Assembly: GCF_001194135.2 (NCBI RefSeq)
Contig: NC_068984.1
Span: forward strand, 6,539,301 to 6,603,300
Length of the DNA stretch: 64,000 nt
From: Octopus bimaculoides
Taxonomy: Eukaryota
Reading direction: 5' to 3'
The translations under genes were made by a program, and so were the position numbers. Below are positions 61,530 to 64,000 of the stretch, one piece after another. How positions within the stretch are numbered: position 1 is the stretch's first letter; the number at the start of each line of letters is the position of its first letter. The notes under the pieces were generated by a model. The model was not told where the DNA came from. It did not search any database and saw only the letters and a program-made list of their open reading frames with translations.

Positions 61530-62249
61530 GGATGATGATGATGATGAGGATGACGATGATGATGATGATGATGAGGATGATGATGATGATGNNNNNNNNN
61601 NNNNNNNNNNNNNNNNNNNNNNNNNNNNNNNNNNNNNNNNNNNNNNNNNNNNNNNNNNNNNNNNNNNNNNNNNNNNNNNNNNNNNNNNNNNNNNNNNNNN
61701 NNNNNNNNNNNNNNNNNNNNNNNNNNNNNNNNNNNNNNNNNNNNNNNNNNNNNNNNNNNNNNNNNNNNNNNNNNNNNNNNNNNNNNNNNNNNNNNNNNNN
61801 NNNNNNNNNNNNNNNNNNNNNNNNNNNNNNNNNNNNNNNNNNNNNNNNNNNNNNNNNNNNNNNNNNNNNNNNNNNNNNNNNNNNNNNNNNNNNNNNNNNN
61901 NNNNNNNNNNNNNNNNNNNNNNNNNNNNNNNNNNNNNNNNNNNNNNNNNNNNNNNNNNNNNNNNNNNNNNNNNNNNNNNNNNNNNNNNNNNNNNNNNNNN
62001 NNNNNNNNNNNNNNNNNNNNNNNNNNNNNNNNNNNNNNNNNNNNNNNNNNNNNNNNNNNNNNNNNNNNNNNNNNNNNNNNNNNNNNNNNNNNNNNNNNNN
62101 NNNNNNNNNNNNNNNNNNNNNNNNNNNNNNNNNNNNNNNNNNNNNNNNNNNNNNNNNNNNNNNNNNNNNNNNNNNNNNNNNNNNNNNNNNNNNNNNNNNN
62201 NNNNNNNNNNNNNNNNNNNNNNNNNNNNNNNNNNNNNNNNNNNNNNNNN

Positions 62250-62301
<52 letters not shown>

Positions 62302-62320
62302 CCATCATCATCATCGTAAT
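60405..62320. repeat. Cluster of (CAT)/(CAC)/(GGT)/(GAT) microsatellites interrupted by two gaps
   Basis: Direct reading; it produces the spurious poly-D/H/M ORFs. Confidence 0.93.
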
Positions 62321-62588
62321 CGTCGCCGCAGTCGTCAATAGTTTATTCTGCTCGGCTGTAACAATACGTAAGTAACCAACTGGAAGGTTGACCGTCGGCG
62401 AAAAATCAAAGAACCCTTTCTGGCCTCCCAGCCATGACAACCATTCCGACTTTTGTTCATTATTGCGATTTAATTATGTATTTTATTACTTTTTATTTTA
62501 TCTCCTACTTACACACACACATACACACACACATGCATATACTCATATACCCACGCATATGTATACATATACATACACAACCATACAC

Positions 62589-62621
<33 letters not shown>

Positions 62622-62734
62622 TATTTCTTGTTTCTTTTTTCCGTTCTTTACAGAATCTTATATTTTCTTTTTTTTTTTCTTTTTCTCCATCATGATATTT
62701 TTCTTCCCTCTCCCTTCTCACTCTCCCTCTTTGC

Positions 62735-62787
<53 letters not shown>

Positions 62788-63319
62788 TCTCTCTCTCTCT
62801 CGCCTCTTCTCTCCAATTATGGAGGTCACATATACGTCGGCAGATGTGTTCGCGTCTAGTGAAACTTTGCGAAAAAGACGTTCGTCTAATTCTGATTAAT
62901 GGTGCCGATATGTTTGGCTAGTAATTGCATTTAGAGAGACATTAAGAAATTTAGGCAAGCGCAACTGAGTTTGCTCACAAATAAACATAAGGGACAAGTC
63001 AGGAATAGCAAGAATTAATCTTTTATTAAGGCTCTCGTCGCTAATTTCGGGGTTTGGCTTAAACAACTTCCTTCTTGATTGGACGGTTAACATACAGGAT
63101 GTTGTTATACGTAACGATGTAAAGCTGTAAAATGTGAGATGTTAGGTGTTGTATAGAGAGCTTGGCTGTTGTGATTTTTGTATGAGGTGAGGTATATAGA
63201 CGGCGGCTATGCGAAGATGTGGCGTAAATAACTGGGAATAAAGAAACAAAGAAAGAAATGAAAAAGAAAGATAGACAGACAGATAGGTAAATTGGTTGAT
63301 AAATAGATGCATTGATCGT

Positions 63320-63361
<42 letters not shown>

Positions 63362-63383
63362 NNNNNNNNNNAGACAGGCAGTC

Positions 63384-63452
<69 letters not shown>

Positions 63453-63597
63453 GGCAAACAAATGATTAGTAGAGAAGGAGAGAACCGAGGTATGCATTTT
63501 GAACAGAAGAATGTAGTCATATGAAAACATTTATATAGGTGTATGTGCGTAAGGCGTAAGCGTGTATGTGTGTGCATATTCGTGTGTGTGCATATTC

Positions 63598-63646
<49 letters not shown>

Positions 63647-63828
63647 TTTATATACTAATAATATATAAACACATGGATATGTGTGCGTGTATTATTTAGG
63701 TAATAGCCTCATAACGTGCATTTTAAAGCTCCTATACGGTTATCGGCTACCATATGCCATCATACATATGAAAATCCCTTTGTGTACACACAATTCGCAT
63801 AAAATATTATAAAAGAAGCAGATGTCAG

Positions 63829-63942
63829 AAACTGGCTTTAATCGCAAATCACAACAATTGTTTCTGTGCATAAATAACAGCGATTACTTGCTGTTACTAA
63901 TGTACAGAAACAATTGTTGTGATTTGTGATTAAAGCCTGTTT
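63829..63942. other. Long near-perfect inverted repeat (hairpin)
   Basis: 38-bp arms at 63834-63871 and 63900-63937 plus an inner 7-bp stem taacagc/gctgtta with an 8-nt loop. Confidence 0.9.
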
Positions 63943-64000
63943 ATTTCATTTTCTTGCATTATAAATTTATATGTATGTATGTATATATATATATATATAT

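Noticed and set aside
61273-62440. Poly-Asp, poly-His and poly-Met ORFs
   Set aside because: Translations of a (GAT)n microsatellite next to a gap; no complex sequence or splice context.
62340-63060. Isolated gtaagt donor and clustered TAATT homeodomain-like sites
   Set aside because: These short motifs are expected by chance in AT-rich DNA; no supporting ORF or conservation data.

Overview
Eukaryotic, AT-rich, repeat-saturated DNA with many N gaps, most of them next to microsatellites. The repeat families look like those of an octopod cephalopod such as Octopus; this is recognition from memory, not a search. I can support no intact host protein-coding exon. The long ORFs in the supplied track cross gaps, are microsatellite translations, or are decayed transposon genes. 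Retroelements: about 35 tRNA-derived SINE copies in at least four modular families, three R4/Dong-type (RT plus restriction-like endonuclease) LINE fragments, a Penelope-like RT/GIY-YIG relic and a probable Tx1/L1 3' end. DNA elements: a full-length but dead mariner, Tc1, DUF4817-type Tc1/mariner, hAT-Buster and Helitron relics, and three MITE/foldback elements. The most notable signal is seven type I hammerhead ribozyme (HHR) motifs in four architectures. They include a tRNA-headed SINE-like element with an HHR tail (17787-18019), a 506-bp non-coding insertion with three HHR units and a 12-bp TSD (58444-60026, later split by a foldback element), and two HHRs with a U-U pair at the base of stem II, one with a 79-nt stem II. 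All folds were done by eye, and ribozyme activity is inferred, not shown.
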